Source of the DNA: Candidatus Kapaibacterium sp.
GTDB lineage: Bacteria; Bacteroidota; Ignavibacteria; Kapaibacteriales; UBA2268
DNA length: 64,000 bases
Direction of reading: 5' to 3'
Assembly (NCBI GenBank): GCA_963665665.1
Contig: OY762428.1
Location: 3,840,001 to 3,904,000, forward strand
The notes beneath the pieces are model-generated. The model searched no databases and had not been told where the DNA came from. It was given only the letters and a program-made list of their open reading frames with translations. How positions within the stretch are numbered: position 1 is the stretch's first letter; every line of letters begins with the position of its first letter. Below are positions 39,061-49,407 of the stretch, in pieces. A program made the translations under genes and the position numbers.

Positions 39061-39951
39061 ATGAAAAGAAACATACTAATATTACTGCTGGGAATGATAA
39101 TTTTTCCTGTAATAACAAATGCTCAAAGCTTCAAAGCTTCAGAGGGTATTCAGGTTGCTGAAGACAAAGCAATAGAACTTGGATTGACTGACCCTCAGTT
39201 AATTTCAATTGGCACAATGTCCGGTGCTATAGACGGATTTCCAATAGAACTTGAATTTGACATGGAAACCGGAGAAAATGTAGCATGGCTATACCTTTTT
39301 ACAGAAAAAGACGATCCTGAAACAAGAAAAGCTGTTGGAGTTGTACGTGTAATGATATTCATGGCTCAGGAAATTAGCATGGATATGCTTGAAGGGCTTC
39401 CTGTGTCACCTGATGCGCCGCTTGAAACCGGATGGATCGACAGCGATGAATTTGTTAATAATTTGAATGCAAACGACAGCTTCGAATCATTTGCTGAAGA
39501 GAATGATGATGCCGTGATGAGGCTTCTCGGCCTTGGTGTAAACAAAATGAATCCGTTATTTATAATCGATGATCCTTACTGGATGGCAATATACGGAACC
39601 GAAATGCAGAATATTACCTGTTTTGTTCATGCTGAAACAGGCCAGGCTCAGTGCCTGGATATATCTGATGTTAGCGATGAATATGGTGAATCCATGAGGC
39701 TTGCTGTTTATCCTAATCCGGCAGTTGATATGGTATTTATTAAAGTCCCGGAAAACGTCAAAACAAATAATTATAAGCTGGGAATTTATGATTTATACGG
39801 TAATCTTGTAAAAACTATAACTAACCTTCCTGCTCCTTGCGAAACTGAACACCTGATACTTCCGGTTTCTGATTTTCCTTCAGGTTCTTATTATGTTCTT
39901 TTTGAAAGTGAAAATGAAACACAAGCCGAGCAATTGATAATTGTCAGGTAA
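39061..39951 (+). CDS. T9SS C-terminal domain protein of unknown function
   Basis: Signal peptide from ATG 39061; VYPNPA..IYDLYG..PSGSYYV. Confidence 0.85.
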   Translation: MKRNILILLLGMIIFPVITNAQSFKASEGIQVAEDKAIELGLTDPQLISIGTMSGAIDGFPIELEFDMETGENVAWLYLFTEKDDPETRKAVGVVRVMIFMAQEISMDMLEGLPVSPDAPLETGWIDSDEFVNNLNANDSFESFAEENDDAVMRLLGLGVNKMNPLFIIDDPYWMAIYGTEMQNITCFVHAETGQAQCLDISDVSDEYGESMRLAVYPNPAVDMVFIKVPENVKTNNYKLGIYDLYGNLVKTITNLPAPCETEHLILPVSDFPSGSYYVLFESENETQAEQLIIVR

Positions 39952-39968
39952 AAAATCAGAATCTTATG

Positions 39969-40007
39969 AAAAAAAGGAGTTTGTCATACAGGTAAACTCC
40001 TTTTTTT
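39969..40007. terminator. Bidirectional terminator
   Basis: AAAAAAAGGAGTTT..AAACTCCTTTTTTT between convergent genes. Confidence 0.8.
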
Positions 40008-40028
40008 AATGTTTTTTTTAAAACGATA

Positions 40029-41141
40029 TCAGTGTTTGGTATAAACTACCAGAAGGTCGTTGCCGATTTTCCTGAAACTTCTGAGTACAAATTGAGGCGC
40101 TTCGTCAAGAAATTCTATTGTGAAATCACGAAAAGCGCCTGTAGCGTTTCCGAAAATCTTTGGTGCAATAAATGTCTGGATTTCGTCAACCAGTCCTTCC
40201 CGGAGGAAAGAAGAGAATACTTGTGAACCGCCTTCAACAAGTATGGATGCAATGTTCATTTTGCCTGCAATATCCCTGAGGGCCTTTTTAAGAAAAATAA
40301 TTCCGTTTTTATCAGTATCCACCGGCAGTATCGTAATTCCGGCTATTCTTAAGGTCTCAGCTCTGCGGTATTCGGAAGCCTCTTTGGAACAGCAAACTAT
40401 TGTATGATTTCTGTTTTTATCAGTATAAACTTTTCTATCAAGAGGCAAACTCGCATCGGAATCAAGAATTATCCGGAATGGATTCCTGCCATTAACTTCC
40501 CTTACTGTAAGCTCAGGATTATCGGATGCAACAGTACCGGAACCAACCATAACTGCGTCAAGATTTGCCCTTAACTGATGTACAAATTTTCTGCTTTGTT
40601 TGCTGGTTATCCATTTAGACTGTCCCTTGGCGCTGGCAATGTTCCCATCGATTGACTGTCCTGTTTTTACAACAATATACGGTAGCCCTGTTGTAATAAA
40701 TTTTATAAAAGTTCTGTTTAGCCATTTGCATTTCTCTTCAAGAACACCGGCAACTACTTCAATACCTGCATTTTTTAATTTTTCGATACCGCTGCCAGAG
40801 ACTTTCGGATTAGGGTCTGTCATTCCGATAACAACCTTTGAAAATTTCCTCTCAATAATCATATCTGCACAAGGAGGAGTTTTTCCCTGGTGAGAACATG
40901 GTTCAAGGTTTACATACAGAGTAAAACCTTCGAACGATTCCAAAGAAGAATTTTTTACTGCCATTACTTCCGCGTGGTCGTCCCCGAATTGCTTATGCCA
41001 TCCTTCAGCAATAATTACATTATCCCGGGTAATTACAGCACCGACTTTGGGGTTGGGGCTGACTTTGCCGCATCCTTTATGAGCAAGTTCAATTGTTCTG
41101 TTTATCATCTGATCGTCAAAACTCAGGTTTTCATTTTTCAT
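40029..41141 (-). CDS. ribD: Riboflavin biosynthesis bifunctional deaminase/reductase
   Basis: PNPKVGA, HAE, NLEPCSHQGKTPPC, SKWIT, LVEGG. Confidence 0.96.
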   Translation of the reverse strand: MKNENLSFDDQMINRTIELAHKGCGKVSPNPKVGAVITRDNVIIAEGWHKQFGDDHAEVMAVKNSSLESFEGFTLYVNLEPCSHQGKTPPCADMIIERKFSKVVIGMTDPNPKVSGSGIEKLKNAGIEVVAGVLEEKCKWLNRTFIKFITTGLPYIVVKTGQSIDGNIASAKGQSKWITSKQSRKFVHQLRANLDAVMVGSGTVASDNPELTVREVNGRNPFRIILDSDASLPLDRKVYTDKNRNHTIVCCSKEASEYRRAETLRIAGITILPVDTDKNGIIFLKKALRDIAGKMNIASILVEGGSQVFSSFLREGLVDEIQTFIAPKIFGNATGAFRDFTIEFLDEAPQFVLRSFRKIGNDLLVVYTKH

Positions 41142-41631
41142 TTTCGGGATTCCATTCGTATTTGAATTCTGAAAGATATGCTTTTGGTTTTGCAGGTATA
41201 ATCATTCTTATGTTATATAAACCTGCTTTAGCAATATTACCGGAATTATCTTTTCCGTTCCATGTTAATTGGTAGTCATAGGTTTCTCCGGGATTCTCCG
41301 GCAGGACATCACTGATAACCTGCATGTGCATCTTGTTGTTGTTCGAACTCCAGATAGTTTTTCCCTTTTGGTTAATAATTTCCACCCGGAATGTTTCGCT
41401 CGAAGGGCAGTATTCACCTTCAACTAAGGCCTGCCTATAGGCGGATATTCCAAATATCACGCTTCCGTCCGGCTGTTCGTTGAAAAATGGTTTTAGCAGG
41501 ACTGCCCTGTCGATATCAGAATCACAGCAGGGTTCGGCAAATTCCATTTTTTCACTATCCCTGCTGGCATTTGATGAGCAGGATACTGCCAATATTGTAA
41601 GTATCAATAGAAAAACTTTGATTCCCGACAT
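41131..41631 (-). CDS. Lipoprotein with BsuPI/FlgD-like Ig domain
   Basis: Lipobox LAVSC; PGETYDYQLTWNGKDNSGNIAKAGLY. Confidence 0.7.
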   Translation of the reverse strand: MSGIKVFLLILTILAVSCSSNASRDSEKMEFAEPCCDSDIDRAVLLKPFFNEQPDGSVIFGISAYRQALVEGEYCPSSETFRVEIINQKGKTIWSSNNNKMHMQVISDVLPENPGETYDYQLTWNGKDNSGNIAKAGLYNIRMIIPAKPKAYLSEFKYEWNPENEK

Positions 41632-41781
41632 TAATTTTTTCTTTTCTAAATTTATCAACTTTTCTAACTCGTAATCTAAAAAAATAATCAAAAAAAATGT
41701 AACATTCAAAAAAAATAAGATTAAATTTGTATATACTTGATTTTAATATGATGTTTTGTCATAAAATTCAAAGGCGGGGGA

Positions 41782-42555
41782 ATGATTCGCAGCATAATGT
41801 TAACAGCAATAATATTATCAATTTTTACCGGAAATATTTTATTTGCTAAAGGTTCTGCCGGGTCGGCGGCAACTTACGAGTCCAGGTTTATCGTCGATAT
41901 GCCTACTGCGGGAGTTATTTCAAAGGGCAGTTTTGCTATTTACGCATATACTTTCACCGGCGGCGGCCTGATGACAGAAATTTCTGCTGCTCCTTTCGAA
42001 AATTTCAATATGGGGCTAAGTTATAGCGGAAGCAATATTGTCGGAAATCAGAAAATTGTGTGGCAGGATATACCTGGGATTCATATCAAGTATCGCTTAT
42101 TTGATGAAACTAAAGGAATTCCTGCAATCCTTCTTGGAATTTCAACCCAGGGACGCGGAATATTTTTTAAAGATTCCGAGCGTTTTGAAACTTTCTCTCC
42201 GGGATTTTTTCTTGCCCTCAGCAAAAATTTTACCTGGGACCTTGGAACTCTTGCTGTTCACGGAGGAATAAATTACTCACTTGAACCTGAAACTGATAAC
42301 AGGGCGCCAAATATTTATTTCGGATTTGAACATTCAATCGGAAAATATGCTTCTCTGAATATTGAATACAATGCCAATATTGATGAAGCTGATAAAAATA
42401 TTTTATCTCATAAGGGGCTGCTCAATGCTTCATTAAGATTTGCAGTTGTTCAGGGCCTGACATTCGACCTGCAATTAAGGGATTTACTTGAACATATTAA
42501 ATATAGCAGGCAGATCAGCAGGTTTATTGGAATTGAATTTATTGCAGCCTATTGA
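41782..42555 (+). CDS. YjbH-like outer-membrane beta-barrel protein
   Basis: Signal peptide; IVDMPTAGVI motif; amphipathic strands; terminal aromatic residue. Confidence 0.7.
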   Translation: MIRSIMLTAIILSIFTGNILFAKGSAGSAATYESRFIVDMPTAGVISKGSFAIYAYTFTGGGLMTEISAAPFENFNMGLSYSGSNIVGNQKIVWQDIPGIHIKYRLFDETKGIPAILLGISTQGRGIFFKDSERFETFSPGFFLALSKNFTWDLGTLAVHGGINYSLEPETDNRAPNIYFGFEHSIGKYASLNIEYNANIDEADKNILSHKGLLNASLRFAVVQGLTFDLQLRDLLEHIKYSRQISRFIGIEFIAAY

Positions 42556-42627
42556 TATATTTGTGATGTAACCTTTGGCAGCTTATTCTGTCATTCTAAA
42601 AAGTTTTGTTTTTGATAAGGAAAAATA

Positions 42628-44802
42628 ATGATAAAGAATTTTAATATACTGCTTGCTTTTCTAATTTGTACGATATCAGCAAAAGCTGATGATTATTACT
42701 GGGCCAAGGTTAAAGATTTTACATCAACAAATATTGTATCGATCCAGGCAAGCGGAGGTACTGTTTACGCTGCTCGTGAAAAAGGCGGATTATGGCTGTC
42801 CTCCGATCAGGGAAAAACGTGGGAAATGAAAGAGAACGGCGAATTCAAATGTATGATCATCAAAAATGACGGAACCATATTTGCCGGACAAAAAGAAGAC
42901 GGAATAATACGCTCAACTAATGGAGGCGCTTCTTTCAAAGACGCAAACGATGGGATTGACGATAACATCCAGGGATTGAAGCCTGTTCTTGCCATGGCTG
43001 CCGACAGTAATGGAAATATCTGGGCGGCTGTAAAAGCCGGCGGGCTGTACAAATCTAATAATAACGGCAACTCTTGGACAAGGGTTAACGCTGATCTTTT
43101 TAATGAATTCAAAACCATACAAACCATAGCAATTGGCAGGGATGGCAAGATATTTCTCGGCCTGTATAATAATGGTATTTATACTTCTGAAGATGACGGT
43201 GAAAGTTGGGAATATTTTGAGCTAAATGAAAACCAGGTGTTGAATTCGGTTATTTCACTTTGTGCTTATAAGCCACATGAATTATTGAATTATTGTATTG
43301 CCGGTACAAACCATAACGGAGTATTTCTTAGCACCGATAACGGTAAAAACTGGGAACAGATACCTGATGAAGAATTAAAATCAGTTTTTGCTTACAGAAG
43401 TTTTCTTCCTGCTGATACCATTCTTTTTGCAGGAACGCACAAGGGCGGATTGTATATCACAAGGGATGACTGTGAAACCTGGAATAAATCCAATGAAGAT
43501 ATTGACAGCAGGATAATAAACGATATTTGCTTTTCTTACGAAGACAGCTATTATGCTGCCACTGACGACGGCGTTTTTAAATATATAAGGGTAAAGGGCG
43601 CCCTGGCAATTGAAGTAAACAGGGATATTAGCGAGGACGAGCTATTACTTCCAGGCGACAGGATAGTATTTGAAGTCAAAGTTCTTGATGATCAGGGTGA
43701 AGCTCTCGAGGGCGCTGATGTTTACGCTGTTTCTAATATTGATAATATTCAGAAGCAATTTCAAAGCGATGTTAGAGGCTATGTGCTTTATACCTATGAA
43801 ATTCCTGCCGATGCTGTTAGGGGTGACTATTACATGACGTTCAGGGCCGAAATGGATGAATACAAGAACAGCCCTAAGAAAAGTTCACTTATGCAGGTAA
43901 GAACTGCCGACAGTCTTAGCCTGTTTGTTGAAATAACTCCGGAATTAAAACAGGAAATTACATTGGGTGATGAAGTAAAATACTCGATAACTGTTAAAGA
44001 TTATAAAGACCAGCCTGTTGAAAATGCTACTATTACGGTTACTGATGCACTTATGGCCGTACAGCCGCAGCTTTTGACAGATGCCAATGGCAGTTCTACT
44101 TACACTGTAATTCCGGATGAAGAAACAAGGCAGGCTGAATACAGGATTGATTTTAATATTGAAGCAGACGGATTCAATCCCTTACCAACGGAAAGTCGTT
44201 TCATTAAGTATAATTATTCTGATGAAAAAATTATCAATATGATTATACTTCCGGATAGTTCAATAGTTTTAAAACAGGGAGAATTACTGGAATTAAAAGC
44301 CGGCGTTACAGATTATGAATTAACTCCTTTGTCAGGGGTAACAATTTCTTATGATGATAAACTGGTAAATGACGAGGGAACTATTGAAAGCGGTTCGGAT
44401 GGTATTGCCGAATACAGCTATACGATTTTTAATGACAAAACACCAGGCAAATATCTTATGATATTTAAAGCTTCGAAAGACGGGTATCATACTACCGATA
44501 CAATTCAAAAGTATGTAGAAGTAATTGATGCTAATTCTGTAGTCGAGATTTCCTCATCAAATATGAACATTTATCCTAACCCGGCAAATGGTCATATCTA
44601 TTTCAGTATTGATGATGAAAATATTGATAATGCTGAAATTTCGATTATAAATATTATAGGAGAAGTTATATTTACCTCAAATATATTGAATAATAATGAA
44701 ATACATAAAATTGATATCTCCGGTTTTGCTTCCGGAAATTATTTTCTTTCAATTAAAACAGGAAAAAAATTATACCATAAGAAATTCCTGATCGTCAATT
44801 AA
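42628..44802 (+). CDS. BNR/Asp-box beta-propeller + Ig-like domains + T9SS C-terminal domain
   Basis: SSDQGKTW, STNGGASF, SEDDGESW, STDNGKNW; IYPNPA..SGNYFL..KKFLI. Confidence 0.9.
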   Translation: MIKNFNILLAFLICTISAKADDYYWAKVKDFTSTNIVSIQASGGTVYAAREKGGLWLSSDQGKTWEMKENGEFKCMIIKNDGTIFAGQKEDGIIRSTNGGASFKDANDGIDDNIQGLKPVLAMAADSNGNIWAAVKAGGLYKSNNNGNSWTRVNADLFNEFKTIQTIAIGRDGKIFLGLYNNGIYTSEDDGESWEYFELNENQVLNSVISLCAYKPHELLNYCIAGTNHNGVFLSTDNGKNWEQIPDEELKSVFAYRSFLPADTILFAGTHKGGLYITRDDCETWNKSNEDIDSRIINDICFSYEDSYYAATDDGVFKYIRVKGALAIEVNRDISEDELLLPGDRIVFEVKVLDDQGEALEGADVYAVSNIDNIQKQFQSDVRGYVLYTYEIPADAVRGDYYMTFRAEMDEYKNSPKKSSLMQVRTADSLSLFVEITPELKQEITLGDEVKYSITVKDYKDQPVENATITVTDALMAVQPQLLTDANGSSTYTVIPDEETRQAEYRIDFNIEADGFNPLPTESRFIKYNYSDEKIINMIILPDSSIVLKQGELLELKAGVTDYELTPLSGVTISYDDKLVNDEGTIESGSDGIAEYSYTIFNDKTPGKYLMIFKASKDGYHTTDTIQKYVEVIDANSVVEISSSNMNIYPNPANGHIYFSIDDENIDNAEISIINIIGEVIFTSNILNNNEIHKIDISGFASGNYFLSIKTGKKLYHKKFLIVN

Positions 44803-44843
44803 AGAAAAGAGTTTAGAGGATATTTAATATTGAGGACAAGGAA

Positions 44844-45929
44844 ATGGAAAAGAAAGAGTTTATCAAAAACTATAGCGAAGAAGAATTAAGGGCAATTATT
44901 GCTGATTTTGGCGAAGCTCCGTACAGGGCCGGCCAGATAATGAGTGATATTTATAAAAAACGTGTTTTATCATTCGAAGGTATAAAACAAATTCCTGTTG
45001 ATCTAAGGAATAACCTTAGCAAACATTTTGCACTTAACAGCATTGAAATAAAGAAAGTATCAAAATCTTCGGACGGCTCAGTTAAATTCCTTTACAAACT
45101 TCATGACGGTAACCACATTGAAGCTGTTGTTATGCCCGGTGAGTATAAGGATCGTGAGTACAATACAATTTGCATATCATCTCAGGTAGGCTGCCAGTTA
45201 GGATGCGCCTTTTGTGCTACCGGCACCATAGGTTTGAAAAGAGACCTTGAACCTGCCGAGATAATTGATCAACTCCTATTGGCAGAAAATGAAACCGGAA
45301 TTAAAATATCAAATATCGTATTCATGGGTATGGGCGAACCACTTCTTAATTGGGAAAATGTTTCGAAAGCAGTTACCATAATTTCAAAACCAGATTACAA
45401 AATGGTTTCGCATAGAAAGATAACAATTTCTACTTCAGGGATTGTTCCGGGAATTGAAAAAATGGCTGAATTTCAACCTCAATTGAAACTGGCACTGTCA
45501 TTACACGCTACAACAAACGGATTGAGAACAAAACTTATTCCGATTTCAAAAAAATGGGATCTTCAAAAGTTACTCGCGACAGTTGATGAATATTATCGTC
45601 TGACAAAAATTCCGATTACCTATGAATATATTCTTTTTGAAGGGCTGAATGACAGCGAGGAAGATGCAAAGCGCCTGGCAAAGATCAGCAGAAGAGTCCC
45701 TTCAAAAGTTAATATTATTCCCTTCAATGATATTTCCTTCACGGAATATTCAAAAACTGGCCCGGAGTTAAGGCCGGCAAACAAAGAAAAAATCGAATCC
45801 TTTGCGGCCTATCTGAAATTACTCGGTACAAATGTTTTTGTAAGGGAATCTTTCGGGCCTGATATCGAAGCTGCCTGTGGGCAGTTAGCTCTTGCGGAAA
45901 AAAAGGAAAGGGATAATGAAAATCAATAA
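44844..45929 (+). CDS. rlmN: 23S rRNA (A2503-C2) methyltransferase
   Basis: CISSQVGCQLGCAFCATG, VFMGMGEP, LALSLHA, DIEAACGQL. Confidence 0.96.
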   Translation: MEKKEFIKNYSEEELRAIIADFGEAPYRAGQIMSDIYKKRVLSFEGIKQIPVDLRNNLSKHFALNSIEIKKVSKSSDGSVKFLYKLHDGNHIEAVVMPGEYKDREYNTICISSQVGCQLGCAFCATGTIGLKRDLEPAEIIDQLLLAENETGIKISNIVFMGMGEPLLNWENVSKAVTIISKPDYKMVSHRKITISTSGIVPGIEKMAEFQPQLKLALSLHATTNGLRTKLIPISKKWDLQKLLATVDEYYRLTKIPITYEYILFEGLNDSEEDAKRLAKISRRVPSKVNIIPFNDISFTEYSKTGPELRPANKEKIESFAAYLKLLGTNVFVRESFGPDIEAACGQLALAEKKERDNENQ

Positions 45930-46836
45930 TCAATCAAAGTTGTTGTTATTATTAATTTTTCTCATTATTTGTACCGGAAAATCATTAGCTGCTGATCTGG
46001 ATGGTATCCTGCCCTCTAAATCGAAAATATATGTTATCACTCTGCTGAATGGTGATATGCTCAGCGGGCCGGTCGTTGAATTGATAAATGATCCTAAAGA
46101 AGGTGAAGGAATAAAAGTAAAAACAGAGATAGGTACTGCTACAATCTTTGCTAATCAGATAAAGTCTATCTATCTGAAAGATGATTATTACCGGCATAAG
46201 CACAGGGTTTTCCTGATGCCTACCGCCGAACCAATCGGCAGCGACCATTTTATCGGTTCTTTTGAACTACTGCTGCTATATGGCGGTTTTGGTATATCTG
46301 ATTATTTATCAGTTACGGCAGGTCGTTCGCTTGTTCCCGGAATTGCATCCAGGGAACAGTTCTCTATGATAAATGCTAAAGTATCTTTGTTTTCAATGGA
46401 TTTTAAATCCGATATTCAAAATATTGCCTTAGCTATCGGAGGCAATCTGGCATTTATTAATTCAAGGAACAAACTATCGCACCTTTATGCAGTAACAACT
46501 ATTCGTTTTGACCGCACCAGAGTAAGTGCTTCGATATTCACAAAAACCGGTGCAAACGACTATTATATTTTAACCGCACAAAGTAATATTGAAGATTTAA
46601 TATATGAGGACGGCTCTTTCGGGCTGGCAGCAGGTATTGATACAAAAATTCCCAAATGGCATACTATGCATTTCATCGGAGAACTATGGAATTCCAATGT
46701 TGAAAAACCTACTAACACTGCTATATTCCTTGGATTACGCCATTGTAATGAAAGAATTTCAGCCGATTTCGGATTGGCACTTTTCACTCAGCCATTTGTT
46801 ATTCCTTTTTTCGGATTTTCTTGGACTCCGTTTTAG
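45916..46836 (+). CDS. Secreted/outer-membrane beta-barrel hypothetical protein
   Basis: Signal peptide; ITLLNGDMLSG N-domain; FLMPTA; ends FGFSWTPF. Confidence 0.7.
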   Translation: MKINNQSKLLLLLIFLIICTGKSLAADLDGILPSKSKIYVITLLNGDMLSGPVVELINDPKEGEGIKVKTEIGTATIFANQIKSIYLKDDYYRHKHRVFLMPTAEPIGSDHFIGSFELLLLYGGFGISDYLSVTAGRSLVPGIASREQFSMINAKVSLFSMDFKSDIQNIALAIGGNLAFINSRNKLSHLYAVTTIRFDRTRVSASIFTKTGANDYYILTAQSNIEDLIYEDGSFGLAAGIDTKIPKWHTMHFIGELWNSNVEKPTNTAIFLGLRHCNERISADFGLALFTQPFVIPFFGFSWTPF

Positions 46837-46842
46837 TTTATC

Positions 46843-47157
46843 ATGTTAAATCAGGAAGAAATATTAAATTTGTATAAACTTGCCGGATTGGAGTATCACA
46901 CCGGCAGAGATAATAAATTGATTGAAGATGTTCTGCGTATCAGAGAATTTTTCTCTGTAGTTGATAAGTTTGAAATTACTAATGAATTAGATGATTGCCA
47001 TGCAAACAGGCATAGCCCGGATAGAGAGTTTGAACAAAAGAATAAGTTTAAACCGGATACCCTTTCCAGGGATGAAATTATCAGAAATGCCGGACTTGAA
47101 AGCGGCAGCCTGTTTTTGGCAAAATCTAAAAGAAACATAAGAAATGAAGATGAATAA
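46843..47157 (+). CDS. Divergent GatC-like protein
   Basis: EEILNLYKLAGLE and LSRDEIIRNA..LF resemble GatC N- and C-terminal patterns. Confidence 0.55.
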   Translation: MLNQEEILNLYKLAGLEYHTGRDNKLIEDVLRIREFFSVVDKFEITNELDDCHANRHSPDREFEQKNKFKPDTLSRDEIIRNAGLESGSLFLAKSKRNIRNEDE

Positions 47158-47914
47158 TAAAGCTATTGGGATAATTCCTGCAAGGTATGCATCATCCAGG
47201 CTGCCCGGAAAGCCGCTTGCCGATATTAATGGTAAGCCTCTTATCCGGAGAGTATGGGAAGCAGTGTCCGGAAGTAAACTGTTATCCGAAGTAATTATAG
47301 CAACTGATGACAAGAGGATAATGGAAGCTTGTAAAGAATTCGGTGCAAAAGTGGTAATGACTCCAGCCGAACTCCCATCCGGAACAGACCGTATTGCTGC
47401 TGCCTGCAAGGATAATGATGCAGATATTATTGTAAATATCCAGGGGGACGAGCCAATGATAAATGGTGACAGTATTGACAATCTGATCTCTGAATTTACG
47501 AAGTCTGATGCTGATGTTGCTACCATGTATAAAAAAATTGATAATTCAGATGATATTTTTGATCCTTCAGTTGTAAAAGTTGTTTTCTCTGATAATAAAA
47601 AAGCACTTTACTTTTCACGATCACCGATACCTTATATCAGGGATGTTGACAAATGTGAATGGATTAGAAGTAACGATTACTTCAAACATATTGGCATATA
47701 TGCATATAGACGCAAAGCTCTTATTGATTTTACCGAGCTGAAACAATCTCAGCTTGAAAAAATGGAGTCACTTGAACAGCTTAGATTGTTGCAAAGGGGC
47801 TATAGCTACCTATGTGTGGAAACAAAGGATTCAATGCTTGGGGTAGATACTCCGAATGACCTGGAAAAAGCCCGTGAATATTTCAAAAACCTTGAATCAG
47901 GCACTGATAAATGA
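47150..47914 (+). CDS. kdsB: 3-deoxy-manno-octulosonate cytidylyltransferase
   Basis: IPARYASSRLPGKPL, SGTDR, VNIQGDEP, ALYFSR, HIGIYAY, ESLEQLR. Confidence 0.96.
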   Translation: MNNKAIGIIPARYASSRLPGKPLADINGKPLIRRVWEAVSGSKLLSEVIIATDDKRIMEACKEFGAKVVMTPAELPSGTDRIAAACKDNDADIIVNIQGDEPMINGDSIDNLISEFTKSDADVATMYKKIDNSDDIFDPSVVKVVFSDNKKALYFSRSPIPYIRDVDKCEWIRSNDYFKHIGIYAYRRKALIDFTELKQSQLEKMESLEQLRLLQRGYSYLCVETKDSMLGVDTPNDLEKAREYFKNLESGTDK

Positions 47915-49008
47915 AAATCCTGCATCTAAGTTCGGAAAAGAGCTGGCGTGGTGGTGAACGGCAAATTTCATTTCTGATCGAAGAACATAGGAAAAAAGCC
48001 GTAGATGTTTTTGTTGCCTGCCGGAAGAATTCTGCTTTCGAAGAGTATTGCCGGAAGAATTCTATCTCCCACAGATCATTCTCATTTTCAGGAGAATTTG
48101 ATATTTCGACTGCACTTTGCACAAAGAAATATTGCAACGATGAGAATATTGATATTATTCATACTCACAGTGGAAAAAGTCACGGGCTGGCATACTTGTC
48201 TTATTTATTGGGTAACAAAACTCCGCTTGTAGTATCAAGAAGGGTTGATTTTCCAATTAAAGGAAATATTATTTCCAGGGCTAAGTATAATTCTGCCTGT
48301 GTAAAAAGGATTATCTGCGTATCCGACGCAATTAAGGAAATTGTTGAACCTTCGATAAAAAATCCTGAAAGGCTGGTAACAATTCACAGCGGTATTGATA
48401 CAAGCCTCTTTGCAGATCAGGAAAGAAATGATTTTCTCAGGGAAAAATTCAACATTCCCAAAAGCAAAACTATAGTTGTTAACACTTCGGCAATTGCCCC
48501 ACACAAGGACTATTACACTTTTGTGGATACTGCGGAACTTGTTCTGAGACAATCTCCTGATTTTCATTTTTTTATAATTGGCGACGGGCCTGAGAAAAAT
48601 AATATCGCAGAATACATTTCTCGAAAAAATCTTAAAAGCAATATTACAATGACCGGGTTTATGGATAATGTCCCGGAAATATTAAAAAGCGCTGATATTT
48701 TCCTGATAACTTCAAAAACAGAAGGCCTTGGTACTACTATTCTTGATTCTTTCGCATCGAATCTTCCTGTTGTAGCAACAAATGCCGGTGGAATACCCGA
48801 GCTTGTTATTGATGGAAAAACCGGTTTGCTGGCAATGTCCGGTAATTCAAAAATGCTTTCCAAACATATTATTGAACTTAGTAAATATGCCGTGCTCCGA
48901 AATAAAATTACTGAGGCTGCAGGAAAACACCTGCAAAAATTTACTAAAACTGCAACAGCCGAAAAAACTTTTTCGGTTTATATGGATATTCTGAATAAAC
49001 ACAAATAA
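47911..49008 (+). CDS. Glycosyltransferase family 4
   Basis: WRGGERQ, EGLGTTILDS, VVATNAGGIPE. Confidence 0.92.
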   Translation: MKILHLSSEKSWRGGERQISFLIEEHRKKAVDVFVACRKNSAFEEYCRKNSISHRSFSFSGEFDISTALCTKKYCNDENIDIIHTHSGKSHGLAYLSYLLGNKTPLVVSRRVDFPIKGNIISRAKYNSACVKRIICVSDAIKEIVEPSIKNPERLVTIHSGIDTSLFADQERNDFLREKFNIPKSKTIVVNTSAIAPHKDYYTFVDTAELVLRQSPDFHFFIIGDGPEKNNIAEYISRKNLKSNITMTGFMDNVPEILKSADIFLITSKTEGLGTTILDSFASNLPVVATNAGGIPELVIDGKTGLLAMSGNSKMLSKHIIELSKYAVLRNKITEAAGKHLQKFTKTATAEKTFSVYMDILNKHK

Positions 49009-49407
49009 TATTTCAATAATTCCACCCAATTGTTTGCAACAGGGCGTACTTATCCATTGCTTTTCCTGAACAAGCCTGTTTTAGCACAAGAAGACAATTT
49101 ACCTGAACAAGTTCTGATACTAATATGATTTCGAATAACTGACAATCAGACTCCTTTTCTTAATTATTTTTCCTTTTTTTCATTAGATACAGCCTGATAT
49201 TTTCGCACTGCCATTTCTCCGCAGTTTTGTTGCCGGTTTTCTTTCAAAATTGTTTTATCAGCCTGAAAAATTCCCCTCCGGCGGAGGGGAATCAGTTGGG
49301 GGAGGGAGTATTAATTTTAAAAGCGGTCATTCTGAAAGAGCGAAGCGACCGAAGAATCCATGTTAAATTGCAGATAATGTATTAAAGATGCGGCCTGGGG
49401 AAGGCGA

